A stretch of DNA of 64,000 nucleotides from Oligoflexales bacterium (GCA_023301565.1 JALZUO010000008.1:37045-101044), one strand, 5' to 3'; counted from the first letter of the stretch, positions 26,385-36,923 are shown. The notes: generated by a model not told the origin, from the letters alone. Translations and numbers: made by a program.

Positions 26385-29273
26385 ATGGCGAGTGCAGCAA
26401 AGCGAATATTTATTGTCGACGTGATGGCGATGGCTTTCCGAAACTTTCATGGTTTTGGTGCAAGACCTTTGGCGACCAGCACCGGGCAGCCAACCTCTGC
26501 AATTTACGGCAGCCTTAGTTTTATGCTGCACCTTATCGAGAGAGAAAAGCCTGATTATTTAATTTTTGCAAGCGACCGCAAAGAGCCTACGTTTAGGCAC
26601 CATATGTACCCTGACTACAAAGCAAACCGCAGTGCAATGCCAGAGGACTTAGCTGCACAAATCGAACTTCTTTACGACATGCTCGAAAAACTAGGCGGCA
26701 AACTTGTACACCAAGCTGGCTTTGAAGCAGATGACATTATTGGAAGTGTGGCAAGGCAGTTTGTTGATGACGGCCATCACTGCTACATCGTTTCGGGCGA
26801 CAAAGACTTTATGCAGCTGATTTCAGATAAGGTCTTTATGCTTGCCCCCAAAAAAGCAGCAGCCCCTAAAAAAATAGATGAAATAGAAGTATTTGAAAAG
26901 TTTTCTTGCCGCCCTGATCAGGTCATAGACGTGTTGGCGTTGATGGGAGATAGCTCTGACAACGTTCCGGGTGTGCCGGGTATTGGCGAAAAAGGTGCAG
27001 CAAAGCTTATTGGTGCCTATGGTGACCTCGACGGTGTTTACGACAACCTTGCAGAGATCAAAAACAAACGCCAAAACAATTCTTTAAGTGAAAACCGCGA
27101 TAAAGCTTATTTGTCCAAAGAGCTTGTGACGATCAAAACAGATATGGACCTTGGTTTTGGCAGGGAAGAATGTAGCTACTCTTTAGATAAGCTGACTAAT
27201 CCGGACCTGCTCATGTTTGCCCATGAGATGGAGTTTAAATCCATGGCCACACGGATAGAGGGTCTGCAGGAAAAGTACGGCTCAACTGGCGATGCTGCGG
27301 CGAATGAAAAAACAGATGTGAAAAACATAAAAAGCGCAAAAAAAGCCGCGGATAATGCAGGTGATGCAGTCGATACAGATAAAGCCCCGGCCGACTTATC
27401 GTTGGGACTATTTCCTGCTGAAGAACGCGCGCGCGGCGACTACACAACTATAAAAACCCTCAAAGAGCTCGACACTCTTTTAAAGATTTTAGATAAATCT
27501 CCTTTGTATGCCTTAGACACAGAGACGGACGGCCTGCATTGCTTAGATGCAAAACCGATTGGGATCAGCTTTGGGGTTGCCGAGGATTCTTCCGAGAACG
27601 AAGAAGATTGCAAAAGCCATAAGGGCTGGTATGTACCTCTACACCCTGCTCACTCTGGCCGGCTAAATATAGAAAAAGCAAAAGAAGCTATTAAAAAACA
27701 TTTTACGGACAACTTATCGCGCAAGGTCATGCACAACGCTAAGTTTGATCAGCAAATGCTTTGGAATATCGGAATGCCTGACCTGCAAAATTTCGAGTGT
27801 TCCATGCTGGCAGCTTATGTCATCGACCCGACGGCCAGAAGCTTTAAGCTAGATACACTGGTCAAAGAGCGGCTTGGCTACGAAATGATGCCACTCGAAG
27901 CTTTGATGGGTCCCAAAAAGAAGACTCCGCTAATCGAATGCCCGATAGAGGAGGTAGCTGCCTACGCTGCCGAAGATGCCGACTATACGCTAAGACTGTT
28001 TGAACAGCTTAAGCCAGAGCTAAAAGAAAAAGATGTGGATGTTTTATACGAGCAAATCGAAAAGCCGATGGCCATGGTTTTAGCGCGTATGGAGCAGACG
28101 GGCATGTATGTTGAAAAAGCTTCACTGGCCAAGTTTTCAGAAGAGCTGGCAGCTACAGCCGAGAAGCTCGAGCAAAAAATTTACAAAGAAGCAGGGCGTG
28201 AGTTTAATATCCAAAGCCCCAAGCAACTACAAGTAGTCCTCTTTGAGGATTTAAAGGTCCACGAGCAGCTTGGGATAAGGCGCCTTAAAAAAACAAAAAC
28301 CGGTTTTAGTACAAACGCTAGCGTCCTAGAAAAGTTGAGTGCGCATCCTTTGCCGGCATCTATTTTAGAATACCGGGGCGTCCAAAAGCTGCGAAACACC
28401 TATGTAGATGCTTTGCCAAATCTTGTGCATGAGGGATCTGGCCGGGTGCATACTAGTTTTTTACAGACGGGTACATCAACAGGGCGCCTTAGCTCGCAGA
28501 ATCCAAACCTACAAAACATTCCCATTAGGACGGCTCTTGGGCGCCGCGTCCGCGAAGCCTTTACAAGTCAAACCAAGGGCAGCGTGCTTCTTTCTGCCGA
28601 TTATTCGCAGATGGAGCTTCGGCTATTGGCCCATATGTCGGGCGACCCGGTGTTGATCCAAGCATTTAAAGATGGCGAAGATATCCACGCAAGTACTGCA
28701 GCCAAGGTGTTTGGTGTAGAGGTCTCAGAGGTGTCTAGCGAGCAGCGAAGTCAGGCCAAGGCCATCAACTTTGGGATTATGTACGGGATGGGTCCAGTTC
28801 GGTTGGCGCAACAGACTGGGGTTACTATGGTTGAGGCAAAAGACTTTATTGCGCGCTACTTTGAAACCTTTCCAAAGGTTAGAGGCTACCTTGATTCAAC
28901 TATTGAGAGCGCCAAAACCTGTGGTTATGCAAAAACGCTTTTGGGCCGTATCCGCCCTGTTCCAAACCTCCACAGCGATTCACCGATGCTAGTCTCGGCT
29001 GCCGAAAACGTAGCGGTGAACACTCCTGTTCAAGGTAGTGCAGCCGATCTTATAAAAATAGCAATGATTCGTTTGGATCAAAAACTGAGACGCGGCGAGT
29101 TTAAATCAAAGCTGGTTCTTCAGGTGCACGATGAGCTTGTCTTGGAAGTAGACGAAAAAGAGCTGGAAGATGTTAGGCAGCTGACCGTAGATTCGATGCA
29201 GACCGTCTTTGAGTTAGATGTGCCTTTGTCCGTAGATGCTGGTACAGGTAAAAACTGGCTGGAAGCACATTGA
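26385..29273 (+). CDS. polA: DNA polymerase I
   Basis: It has a 5'-3' exonuclease N-terminus (GDSSDNVPGVPGIGEKGAAKL), a 3'-5' exonuclease domain (ALDTETDGL) and pol motifs (LLSADYSQMELRLLAH, RSQAKAINFGIMYG, QVHDELVLEV). Confidence 0.95.
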   Translation: MASAAKRIFIVDVMAMAFRNFHGFGARPLATSTGQPTSAIYGSLSFMLHLIEREKPDYLIFASDRKEPTFRHHMYPDYKANRSAMPEDLAAQIELLYDMLEKLGGKLVHQAGFEADDIIGSVARQFVDDGHHCYIVSGDKDFMQLISDKVFMLAPKKAAAPKKIDEIEVFEKFSCRPDQVIDVLALMGDSSDNVPGVPGIGEKGAAKLIGAYGDLDGVYDNLAEIKNKRQNNSLSENRDKAYLSKELVTIKTDMDLGFGREECSYSLDKLTNPDLLMFAHEMEFKSMATRIEGLQEKYGSTGDAAANEKTDVKNIKSAKKAADNAGDAVDTDKAPADLSLGLFPAEERARGDYTTIKTLKELDTLLKILDKSPLYALDTETDGLHCLDAKPIGISFGVAEDSSENEEDCKSHKGWYVPLHPAHSGRLNIEKAKEAIKKHFTDNLSRKVMHNAKFDQQMLWNIGMPDLQNFECSMLAAYVIDPTARSFKLDTLVKERLGYEMMPLEALMGPKKKTPLIECPIEEVAAYAAEDADYTLRLFEQLKPELKEKDVDVLYEQIEKPMAMVLARMEQTGMYVEKASLAKFSEELAATAEKLEQKIYKEAGREFNIQSPKQLQVVLFEDLKVHEQLGIRRLKKTKTGFSTNASVLEKLSAHPLPASILEYRGVQKLRNTYVDALPNLVHEGSGRVHTSFLQTGTSTGRLSSQNPNLQNIPIRTALGRRVREAFTSQTKGSVLLSADYSQMELRLLAHMSGDPVLIQAFKDGEDIHASTAAKVFGVEVSEVSSEQRSQAKAINFGIMYGMGPVRLAQQTGVTMVEAKDFIARYFETFPKVRGYLDSTIESAKTCGYAKTLLGRIRPVPNLHSDSPMLVSAAENVAVNTPVQGSAADLIKIAMIRLDQKLRRGEFKSKLVLQVHDELVLEVDEKELEDVRQLTVDSMQTVFELDVPLSVDAGTGKNWLEAH

Positions 29274-29290
29274 AAGGGTAGAGTAAAAGT

Positions 29291-30076
29291 ATGGATCATG
29301 AAGAACACGAACACGATCAGTACGGCGAGCAAGAGCACCCAGAAAACGAAAAGTGGATGTCTTTAGCAGGCCACCTAGGTGAGCTACGGCAAAGACTTCT
29401 GCGATCGTTTATATTTGTCTTTGTTCTTCTTTGTATAGCTATACCGTTTGCACCGCAGCTGCTTGAACTGGCACAAATACCTCTTGTAAACAGTTTGGGC
29501 GATAGCCCCGTAAACTTGCACTTTACCGGCCCGTTCGATGTTTTTATGGTGTCGATCAAGGTTTGTGTTCTTGTTTCATTTTTTTTGGCAGCTCCATATT
29601 GGATTTGGCAGATATGGGCATTTGTAAAACCTGCTTTGTACGAAAAAGAGCGCAAGCTTGTAGTTCCTTTTGCTATTGCTTCCATCGTTCTTTTTTGGCT
29701 AGGGACTTCTTTTTGTTTCTTTTATGTTTTGCCCATGGGGATGGCGTATTTGATTCAGTACGGTGCAGAAGTAGCCACGCCCATCATCACAATCAAAGAC
29801 TACCTTTCTATTCTAATCCCAACGGTTTTAGGCTTTGGCTTAGTGTTTGAAACTCCGGTTCTGATCATATTGCTTGGTATGCTTGGTTTGTTTCGAGCCG
29901 AAACACTTGCGCGCTACCGTTCGGCCACGGTCGTATTTATATTTGTGGTGGCGGCATTGTTGACCCCGCCAGAGCCTTTGACTCAAATTGCCATGGCCGT
30001 TCCTTTGTACCTTATGTTTGAGATTTCCATTTGGATTCTTTACATGATTCAAAAAAAGAAGTCGGACGATGCTTAG
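29291..30076 (+). CDS. tatC: Twin-arginine translocase subunit TatC
   Basis: It has the HLGELRQRLL motif, six hydrophobic segments and a typical length. A His/Glu-rich N-terminal extension is present, so the start could instead be ATG 29357. Confidence 0.88.
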   Translation: MDHEEHEHDQYGEQEHPENEKWMSLAGHLGELRQRLLRSFIFVFVLLCIAIPFAPQLLELAQIPLVNSLGDSPVNLHFTGPFDVFMVSIKVCVLVSFFLAAPYWIWQIWAFVKPALYEKERKLVVPFAIASIVLFWLGTSFCFFYVLPMGMAYLIQYGAEVATPIITIKDYLSILIPTVLGFGLVFETPVLIILLGMLGLFRAETLARYRSATVVFIFVVAALLTPPEPLTQIAMAVPLYLMFEISIWILYMIQKKKSDDA

Positions 30077-30785
30077 GTGCCTGTGCTTGTCGGTGGTCTT
30101 ATGTGTCTGGTTTTCTTCGGTTGCTAGCGCATCCTTTCACTTTGGCCTGTATAGCGGAATAGAAACGGCAGATTTAGATGCAGCGTTTCCTGGCGAAAGT
30201 ATTGAAGCACCTGTGAATGGTGGTTTTGGTGGGTTAAGTACCGGATACAAGTTCCAGCTTTCGCAGGCTTTGTTTTTAAATACAGCTTTTACCTATAGTA
30301 TTTGCCCGTGTGAACAGGTCTGGGAGACAGGCTCTTCTGGTGCGAGTTTTGAAGTAGAAAACAGGGGGATAGGCGGTGAGGTCGGGCTTTTGTGGTCTTT
30401 ACCAAACAAGTCACTTTATTTGGACCTGGGCGTACGCTATGCTTTGGCAGAATGGGTTACGGAGACACAGTTAGAGTCACCGGCAATCATAAGCTTGAAC
30501 TTGTCTGACCCTAAGAATTTATCTGCTAGTGTGCGTTCTTTTGAACCGTACGTAGGGGTTGGATACCTTTTTCCTTTAACTGACTTAAAACAAAAAGGTG
30601 GCAAAGCTTCTAGTAGAGTTACCTGGCTATCGAGTGTTCGGTTTTTTCTTCGCTATCAAATCCAAGCTTGGACCAAAACCAAGGTAGAGATAGAACAGTG
30701 GGGCGGAGGTCAAATTTCCGAAGAGCTAAGCAATACCAAAAAACAACAGTTCATGGGTGGCGTTGCAGTTGAGATCAAGCCTTAG
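30069..30785 (+). CDS. Small outer-membrane beta-barrel protein (hypothetical)
   Basis: It has a signal peptide (VWFSSVASA|SF) and alternating beta-strand pattern with aromatic girdle residues. It overlaps the tatC stop by 8 nt. Confidence 0.65.
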   Translation: MLRCLCLSVVLCVWFSSVASASFHFGLYSGIETADLDAAFPGESIEAPVNGGFGGLSTGYKFQLSQALFLNTAFTYSICPCEQVWETGSSGASFEVENRGIGGEVGLLWSLPNKSLYLDLGVRYALAEWVTETQLESPAIISLNLSDPKNLSASVRSFEPYVGVGYLFPLTDLKQKGGKASSRVTWLSSVRFFLRYQIQAWTKTKVEIEQWGGGQISEELSNTKKQQFMGGVAVEIKP

Positions 30786-32395
30786 AACCTGCTACCATCG
30801 CCTGAAAGTTGCATAGAGGTTACAAACTCTTGAGGGATAGACTCTGTGAGTAAATCGCCAGCGTTTAGCCCCGGATACAGCTCTGCATAGGTTCTGGTTT
30901 CGTGTTCTGAAATTCTTTTGCGGATATGGTGCGGACGCAGATCGTCTGGGTCTTGAATTCCCATTGCGCCGAGCATCTCTACGACGCTATGCATGGTTTC
31001 TTTGTGATAGTTTGCAACTCTTGCAGCTTTGTCACTTGCTACAAGCCCTCCGTAGAGTTTTGGGTCTTGCGAAGCTACGCCCGTGGGGCAGTGGTTTGAG
31101 TTGCACTTCAAGGCTTGGATGCAACCTAAAGCAAGCATCATGCCACGGGCAGAATAAACAAGGTCTGCTCCAAGGGCTAAGGCCTTGATAACGTCAAAGC
31201 CTGTTAGTATGCGAGAGCTTGCGATGATCTTTATATCTTTTCGTAGATTAAACCCTTTTAGTGCATTATCAACAAAACAAAGGCCCTCGACCAACGGAGA
31301 ACCAATCCGGTTAGAAAACTCAAGGGGAGCTGCGCCAGTCCCACCTTCGCCGCCATCTACAGTTATAAAGTCAGGGTAAATTCCTGAGCTGCGCATCTGT
31401 TTGCAAATAGACAAGAACTGACTGCGTTGACCTATGCATATTTTGAAACCAGTAGGAACTCCGCCAGCAGCTTCGCGGACGCTTGCAATAAAGTTCAAAA
31501 GTCCAGCCGGGTCTTTAAAAGCCTTATGGTAAGGTGGCGAAAGCACATCTTTGCCCATGGGAACTCCGCGGATATCTGCGATTTCTGCAGTTACTTTGCC
31601 TGCCGGTAGGATCCCACCATGACCAGGCTTCGCACCTTGACTCAGCTTTATTTCAATCATTTTTGTTTGTGTGCCATCGACTGTTTTTTCAAACTTTTTG
31701 AGGTCAAAACCACCATCTTCTGCGCGTGCACCAAAGTAGCCAGTCCCTAGCTGGTAGATTAGGTCACCACCCTTCTTATGATAAGGGCTGATACCGCCTT
31801 CTCCAGTGTTGTGAGCAAAACCAGCTATTTTCGCCCCAATATTTAGAGCTTCGATGGCAGGTTTGCTGAGCGAGCCAAAAGACATAGCGCCAATATTTAG
31901 CAGACTTGCCTGGTAAGGTTTAGACGATTGTTTCCCGCCAATCTCAACGCGAAAATGCGTGTCAGGCTCTAGGTGGACCGGGGCGATGGAGTGGTTTAAC
32001 CACTCGTACCCAGCTCGATATACCGGCAGCTGTGTTCCAAACGGTAGGGTGTCGAGTGTTTTTTTTGCACGCTGATAAACGACGCTTCGTTGTTCTCTAG
32101 AAAAAGGAACCCCGTCGTGATTGCTTTCGACAAAGTACTGGTGGATTTCAGGTCTGATGAGTTCAAATAAATACCTTGCGTGCCCTAGGACTGGAAAGTT
32201 CTTAAGGATTGCGTGCTTATTCTGTAGAGCGTCGCGTACACCTAAAGCAAAGATTGGAGCTAAAAACGCTAGGAACCCTAGAGCCCACCATAACTGTGTA
32301 GAAGCGCTCAAACCAACACATAGTAGATAGACCACAAAGCAAAACCAAAACAATCCTCGCATACGAACCTCCTCAGTGCCCTGATATTCTTGCAT
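30782..32395 (-). CDS. FMN-binding glutamate synthase family protein (GltB FMN-domain-like, membrane-anchored)
   Basis: It has N-terminal TM helices, followed by conserved GEGG / KLSQGAKPGHGGILP / VDGGEGGTGAAP motifs of the glutamate synthase FMN domain. Confidence 0.85.
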   Translation of the reverse strand: MQEYQGTEEVRMRGLFWFCFVVYLLCVGLSASTQLWWALGFLAFLAPIFALGVRDALQNKHAILKNFPVLGHARYLFELIRPEIHQYFVESNHDGVPFSREQRSVVYQRAKKTLDTLPFGTQLPVYRAGYEWLNHSIAPVHLEPDTHFRVEIGGKQSSKPYQASLLNIGAMSFGSLSKPAIEALNIGAKIAGFAHNTGEGGISPYHKKGGDLIYQLGTGYFGARAEDGGFDLKKFEKTVDGTQTKMIEIKLSQGAKPGHGGILPAGKVTAEIADIRGVPMGKDVLSPPYHKAFKDPAGLLNFIASVREAAGGVPTGFKICIGQRSQFLSICKQMRSSGIYPDFITVDGGEGGTGAAPLEFSNRIGSPLVEGLCFVDNALKGFNLRKDIKIIASSRILTGFDVIKALALGADLVYSARGMMLALGCIQALKCNSNHCPTGVASQDPKLYGGLVASDKAARVANYHKETMHSVVEMLGAMGIQDPDDLRPHHIRKRISEHETRTYAELYPGLNAGDLLTESIPQEFVTSMQLSGDGSRF

Positions 32396-32436
32396 TAGAG
32401 CCGTTTGTCTGCAAGTGGTTCAAGTCATGATAAGCT

Positions 32437-33642
32437 ATGATTCTTAGCTCACATTCAAAGAGGAATATTCCATTGCGCGTTCATTTACTTGAAGTATTGC
32501 AAAAGACACTAGGTACCAACGGATTGACAGCTATTGCAGAGTTTCTGGGGGATTCGCCCGCCAAAACCGAAGAGAGTTTTTTCGTAAGTGTTGCGGTGGT
32601 TCTCAGGGACCTCGTGGGTAGGCCTAAGCCAGGTGATATATGGATTAAGTTGGCCGACAATGAGGTGGTGGATCCGAGTATGGTATTGGACTTAGCTCCA
32701 CAGGTGATTCGCAGTAAAATGCCTATGTTGTGCGAAAAAGGCACTGGTCTGTTTGCAGAGGTTTTTGGCACCGCCTGTGCCTCGATGGTAGCAAATGTTT
32801 CTTCTAAGCTGGCCTGCACTCCAGAAAAGGCTACGTCTAACCTTGGCCTTGCCACAATCTATACTTTATCAGCCCTGCGTAAGTGGGGAGACGCTTCTGC
32901 GCAGCCTAAGCAAGCGGTTCGCAATCTGCTGGAACAGCAAAAATCCCTGCTAGGGACGGCGGCGGCAGCCCCAAAGAAGAGCTCTTTGCTGGTGCCTTTT
33001 TTAGCGGTAGCTGGTTTGGTAGTCGTAGGCTATTTAGCTTGGCCTAGGGTTTGTTCTTTAATAAAGCCAGGCTACAAAAAGGGTAGCAATGCTCCGCTGA
33101 CTCTTAAAAGTGTAGAGGCTCAAAAAAACAAAATCTCCGGCCATAGCAAGCCAGAGCCGGACAAGATGGCTTCTGAAAAAGTCGATAGCAAAGGTGCTCC
33201 TGCTGCGACCGCCCCTGCTGTTGTTTCCACGCTAAGGAACCCGCCTGTAGCAGTTCAAGCTGCTTCAGCCGCCGAAGTTTTTAGCAAAATGATATCAAGT
33301 CCAGACAAAGCCGTTTTGAGTACGGCCTTGAGTATAACTCCAGAAGATGTATTAAGCATGGATAAAGACCAGGCTTTTTTTAAGAGCATTGCAGAGCTTA
33401 TGCTGCAAAAAAAAGAAGGAAGTTTCCAGGTCCGAAGCCACGTTTATACCGAACCAGACCTGCCTGCTAATCAAGTCAAATCACGCGCTTTAGCAAGCCA
33501 CATCAAAAAGCTTCTTATAGAAAACGGTGTGGCACCCGGTCAGCTTAGCTCAGTAGGGTTTGGTTCTGCCATTCCGGCAAAAGATAAAACACTGCAATCT
33601 AAAACAGAATTTCGTTATCTCGCGCCCAGTGAGTCGAAATAG
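32437..33642 (+). CDS. Membrane protein with degenerate C-terminal OmpA-like domain
   Basis: It has a central TM helix (LLVPFLAVAGLVVVGYLAW). The C-terminus (SHVYTEPDLPANQVKSRALASHIKKLLIENGVAPGQLSSVGFGSAIP) resembles the OmpA/MotB peptidoglycan-binding fold. Confidence 0.6.
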   Translation: MILSSHSKRNIPLRVHLLEVLQKTLGTNGLTAIAEFLGDSPAKTEESFFVSVAVVLRDLVGRPKPGDIWIKLADNEVVDPSMVLDLAPQVIRSKMPMLCEKGTGLFAEVFGTACASMVANVSSKLACTPEKATSNLGLATIYTLSALRKWGDASAQPKQAVRNLLEQQKSLLGTAAAAPKKSSLLVPFLAVAGLVVVGYLAWPRVCSLIKPGYKKGSNAPLTLKSVEAQKNKISGHSKPEPDKMASEKVDSKGAPAATAPAVVSTLRNPPVAVQAASAAEVFSKMISSPDKAVLSTALSITPEDVLSMDKDQAFFKSIAELMLQKKEGSFQVRSHVYTEPDLPANQVKSRALASHIKKLLIENGVAPGQLSSVGFGSAIPAKDKTLQSKTEFRYLAPSESK

Positions 33643-33735
33643 CCGGTATATGCCGCCGAATGTTGATGAATGGTGTTTCTTCGGCTAGGATTTTCAGCTC
33701 TAAGCTTTTTGTTTAGAAAATGGGAGAAAGTTTTT

Positions 33736-34083
33736 ATGCCAACCAAGCTGTTTCATAACCCTCGGTGTTCCAAAAGCCGTCAGGCTCTAAAGATTTTAGA
33801 AGAATCAGGTGTTCCGTTTGAGGTGTACGCTTATCTAAAAGAAGGGCTGAGTATACGCTCGATTGAACAGCTATGTAAGCAGCTGGGCGAAGATACACCC
33901 TGGGGTTTTATGCGAAAAAAGGAAGCTATTTGTAAAGAGCTGGGACTAAGTTCCGATACATCAAAAAAAGCTCTTGTGCAGGCTGTACACAAGCACCCAA
34001 TATTGCTGGAGCGGCCTATTTTGCAGCATAATGGAAAAGCCATAGTAGGCAGGCCTCCAGAAGACATACTGGAAATTCTGTAG
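33736..34083 (+). CDS. arsC: ArsC-family (glutaredoxin-type arsenate reductase/YffB-like) protein
   Basis: ATG 33736 follows GGGAGAAAG. LFHNPRCSKSRQALKILEESG...HPILLERPIL...GRPPEDILEIL parallels the R773 ArsC layout. Confidence 0.8.
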   Translation: MPTKLFHNPRCSKSRQALKILEESGVPFEVYAYLKEGLSIRSIEQLCKQLGEDTPWGFMRKKEAICKELGLSSDTSKKALVQAVHKHPILLERPILQHNGKAIVGRPPEDILEIL

Positions 34084-34108
34084 AATCGCTTAGGGCCATT
34101 GCCTCACT

Positions 34109-35044
34109 TTGCGTTGCCTCGTGATAGAATGCCTTAGAGAAAAAAAGGTGTTTATTTTGAAACTTATTATTTTGCTGTGTGTCTCAATCAGCAGCATAGC
34201 TTTTTCTATAGGTAGACCAGAGATCAAACCACTGCTTAAAGAAGGTTGCATTTCTTTGGCAAAGAAGGTCGGTGTTGACCATATAGGTATCTTCTACGAG
34301 CCAACTGCTGAAGCGCGTGATGCTTTGGATCTAAAACTGCGCACCGTCGCAAAAGAAATTACCGGCGGAAATAAAAAGAATGAAGATTATTTCTATAAAG
34401 TCATGTACGGCCTAGGTTTTAGGCTGATTCATAAGGTTGGAGCCAACAACGGAGTCCAGCAGCAAGACCTCTTGGATATAGTGCAAGAAGCTGTTGTAGC
34501 TATGCATGAAAAAATCAACGCTCGCAAGATTGACCTTGATGGACACGGGCGCCTGGTAAATTATTTTCGAAAGATTCTAGAGGCAAAAAGCGCACAGTAC
34601 TGGAGAGACAAAAAAAGGAATTCGAATATTAGGGTGAACGAGGATCCAATTCACTTACTGTCTGTGCATGGAACCAGTAAATCCAGGCGGTGGAAACTGG
34701 TTAAATCTATTGCTGAAAGAAGAGACCCTACCCCTCTGCAGTCTTCTATTAAAAAAAACGACATAGAGCATTTAGGTATTGTCTTGGATACAGCGTTTGA
34801 AAAGCTAGAGCCTAGGACTAAAAGAATCATCGATATGCACTTGATAGAAGGCCTTTCTTTTGGTGAAATCGGTAAGCTGCTAGGTGTTTCGCGTCAGAGT
34901 CCGGGTAAAAGCTATCAAAGAGGCATGGAGCAGTTGCGCTTATCTATTCGATCTCACCCTCTATACGACCGCAGTTGGATGGTTGAATTTGAGCCTGATC
35001 TAGGGTTTGTTTTGGATTGGGCTCCAAGGGTTGATCAAAACTGA
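34109..35044 (+). CDS. Sigma-70 family (ECF-like) RNA polymerase sigma factor; start uncertain
   Basis: It has a region 2-like stretch (DLLDIVQEAVVAMHEKI...LVNYFRKILEAKSAQYWRDKKR) and a region 4 HTH (RIIDMHLIEGLSFGEIGKLLGVSRQSPGKSYQRGMEQLR). The long ORF begins with a hydrophobic segment. Confidence 0.7.
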   Translation: MRCLVIECLREKKVFILKLIILLCVSISSIAFSIGRPEIKPLLKEGCISLAKKVGVDHIGIFYEPTAEARDALDLKLRTVAKEITGGNKKNEDYFYKVMYGLGFRLIHKVGANNGVQQQDLLDIVQEAVVAMHEKINARKIDLDGHGRLVNYFRKILEAKSAQYWRDKKRNSNIRVNEDPIHLLSVHGTSKSRRWKLVKSIAERRDPTPLQSSIKKNDIEHLGIVLDTAFEKLEPRTKRIIDMHLIEGLSFGEIGKLLGVSRQSPGKSYQRGMEQLRLSIRSHPLYDRSWMVEFEPDLGFVLDWAPRVDQN

Positions 35045-35222
35045 AGATTTGGGCTATCTTGAAGACGCTTGAGCTCAGGTTCAAAAATAGTGTCTAGTCT
35101 TTTGGGGGCCACAGGTCATTTTTTTACAAAAATTAAAATACTTTCTGCAAGACTGCTTTCGCCAGAAGCCGACGTTTGAAAATCGTTGGAAGTTTGGGGG
35201 TAAGGCTTATTGCATCACGGTA

Positions 35223-35864
35223 TTGTCTTTGCCTCAATCTGTAGAGGCTGCCAAGCGGTGCGTAGACTCGGCTAAAAAGTTTGGAGTCGACGTAAAAATA
35301 TTTGAAGCTACAACCAAAGTGGAGGCCGGCAAGAGGCTTTCCGAGTTTGGGTTGCAGTGGACTTGGAAGAAAAAAATCAAAAGTGATATCGATGCCGTTT
35401 GGGGGTGTTTTTTGTCTCACTACCGGCTTTGGAAAAAATCTATAGAGCTAGGCGAAGCCATCTTGGTTTTGGAGCATGATGCTATACTTAGCGCAGCCAT
35501 ACCCGATGTGCTTTTTGATAGTGTGATGAACGTAGGTAAGCCTAGTTGGGGCAAAGACAGAGTCGATAGAGGTCTAAGTGGGATATATCCGCTGTCGACA
35601 AAAAAGTTGCTCGGAACCCATGGATATCTTGTTAGTCCGGATGGAGCCAAAAAGCTGATCGATTTTGCTCATGATAATGGTATTGCTCCCGCAGATGAGT
35701 ATATGAATCGAAAGAGTTTTCCTTTTATACAAGAGTGGATTCCTCACCCGGTTTTTGCCAAAGATGATTTCTCCTCTATCCAGAACACAGATTTGGGTAG
35801 AAACTATGAAACTTCTGAGGAAGTCTGGCAAAAAGAAGGTTCGGGAGTATCTCCTCGTGACTAA
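35223..35864 (+). CDS. Glycosyltransferase family 25 (LOS/LPS beta-1,4-galactosyltransferase-like)
   Basis: GCFLSHYRLWKK...ILVLEHDAIL plus the N-terminal pattern SLPQSVEAAKR...GVDVKIFEA resemble Lic2B/LgtB-type GT25 enzymes. The first canonical start (TTG) appears to cut the first beta-strand. Confidence 0.7.
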   Translation: MSLPQSVEAAKRCVDSAKKFGVDVKIFEATTKVEAGKRLSEFGLQWTWKKKIKSDIDAVWGCFLSHYRLWKKSIELGEAILVLEHDAILSAAIPDVLFDSVMNVGKPSWGKDRVDRGLSGIYPLSTKKLLGTHGYLVSPDGAKKLIDFAHDNGIAPADEYMNRKSFPFIQEWIPHPVFAKDDFSSIQNTDLGRNYETSEEVWQKEGSGVSPRD

Positions 35865-36879
35865 GCACAATAGTCTTTACTTTATCGATCCAACTTGCCC
35901 GCGAGCGTTTGATTTTTCCGATCTCAAGAAGGAGGCAATTGCTGGCACTGAGGCATCGACTCTTAGGGTGGCGAAAGCTTTGAGTGAAAAAGGTATAGAA
36001 GTTACCTTGTTTCAAAAAAACAGAACCGTCGAGCATACAGACCCGTTCAACCTTACCTATAAACCTCTTTCAGCGTTGAAGAGCGCTCAAAGTCCAACCT
36101 ACGCGGTGCTTATTCGCAAGCGTAGGTGGCTTTCTAAAATTAATAGCCTGTTTCCTAAAGCAAAAAAGTTTTATTGGCTGCATGAATTCGTGCATTCAAG
36201 TTTGCTGCTTTCACGTTATACGCTCCGAAATTGGACTGTGCTTGGCGTTAGTAAAACTCATGCAAAACAAATTACAGCTACAGGATCAAGTGCACTGTTA
36301 GATACTTTTTTCGGTAAACTAAAAGTAGAGTCCATACACAATTCGATCTGTGTAGATGAATATGATGGTTTAAGTGAACCAGTACCTATAAAAGAAGAGT
36401 TGAAGCTTGTTTTTTTTAGCTCGCCTCACAAAGGTTTAGACCAGGTTTTAGAAGTTTTTCAGGCAGTGAAAGAGAAGATTGCAAACGCAAATTTATATAT
36501 TGCAAATCCTGGCTATATTGACTCTGAGCATGGCTTGCCGGCCGGGGTTGTTTCGTTGGGGGCGTTGAGTAAAAAAGATCTATATAGCCACGTGGCGTCT
36601 GCTTTTTGTGTTTTTTACCCGCAAACTAAATTTGCCGAAACTTTTGGCTTGGTTTATGCAGAAGCGAACACCCTTGGGACACCCGTGTTGTGTGCAGATC
36701 TTGGAGCAGCCAGAGAGATTCTCTCGAACCCTGAGGGCCAGATAGTTAGCCCCGCTACGACAGATGGTTTTGTATGTCGTTTGGAAGGTTGGATCAAACA
36801 AGGCAGGCCAAAGATAAGCCCGCAAACCTTTGCTATAGAAGATATAGTCATGGAATGGCTTGCTTTGTTGCGGTTGTAG
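35806..36879 (+). CDS. Glycosyltransferase, GT4/GT-B fold
   Basis: The C-terminal motif (FVFYPQTKFAETFGLVYAEANTLGTPVLCADLGAAREIL) matches the EX7E-type motif of GT4 enzymes. ATG 35806 is chosen over the longer 35755 ORF. Confidence 0.8.
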   Translation: MKLLRKSGKKKVREYLLVTKHNSLYFIDPTCPRAFDFSDLKKEAIAGTEASTLRVAKALSEKGIEVTLFQKNRTVEHTDPFNLTYKPLSALKSAQSPTYAVLIRKRRWLSKINSLFPKAKKFYWLHEFVHSSLLLSRYTLRNWTVLGVSKTHAKQITATGSSALLDTFFGKLKVESIHNSICVDEYDGLSEPVPIKEELKLVFFSSPHKGLDQVLEVFQAVKEKIANANLYIANPGYIDSEHGLPAGVVSLGALSKKDLYSHVASAFCVFYPQTKFAETFGLVYAEANTLGTPVLCADLGAAREILSNPEGQIVSPATTDGFVCRLEGWIKQGRPKISPQTFAIEDIVMEWLALLRL

Positions 36880-36923
36880 GGCAGAGTAGCTGTAGCCTGT
36901 AAAGTAAATAAAGGAAAGCTTAG

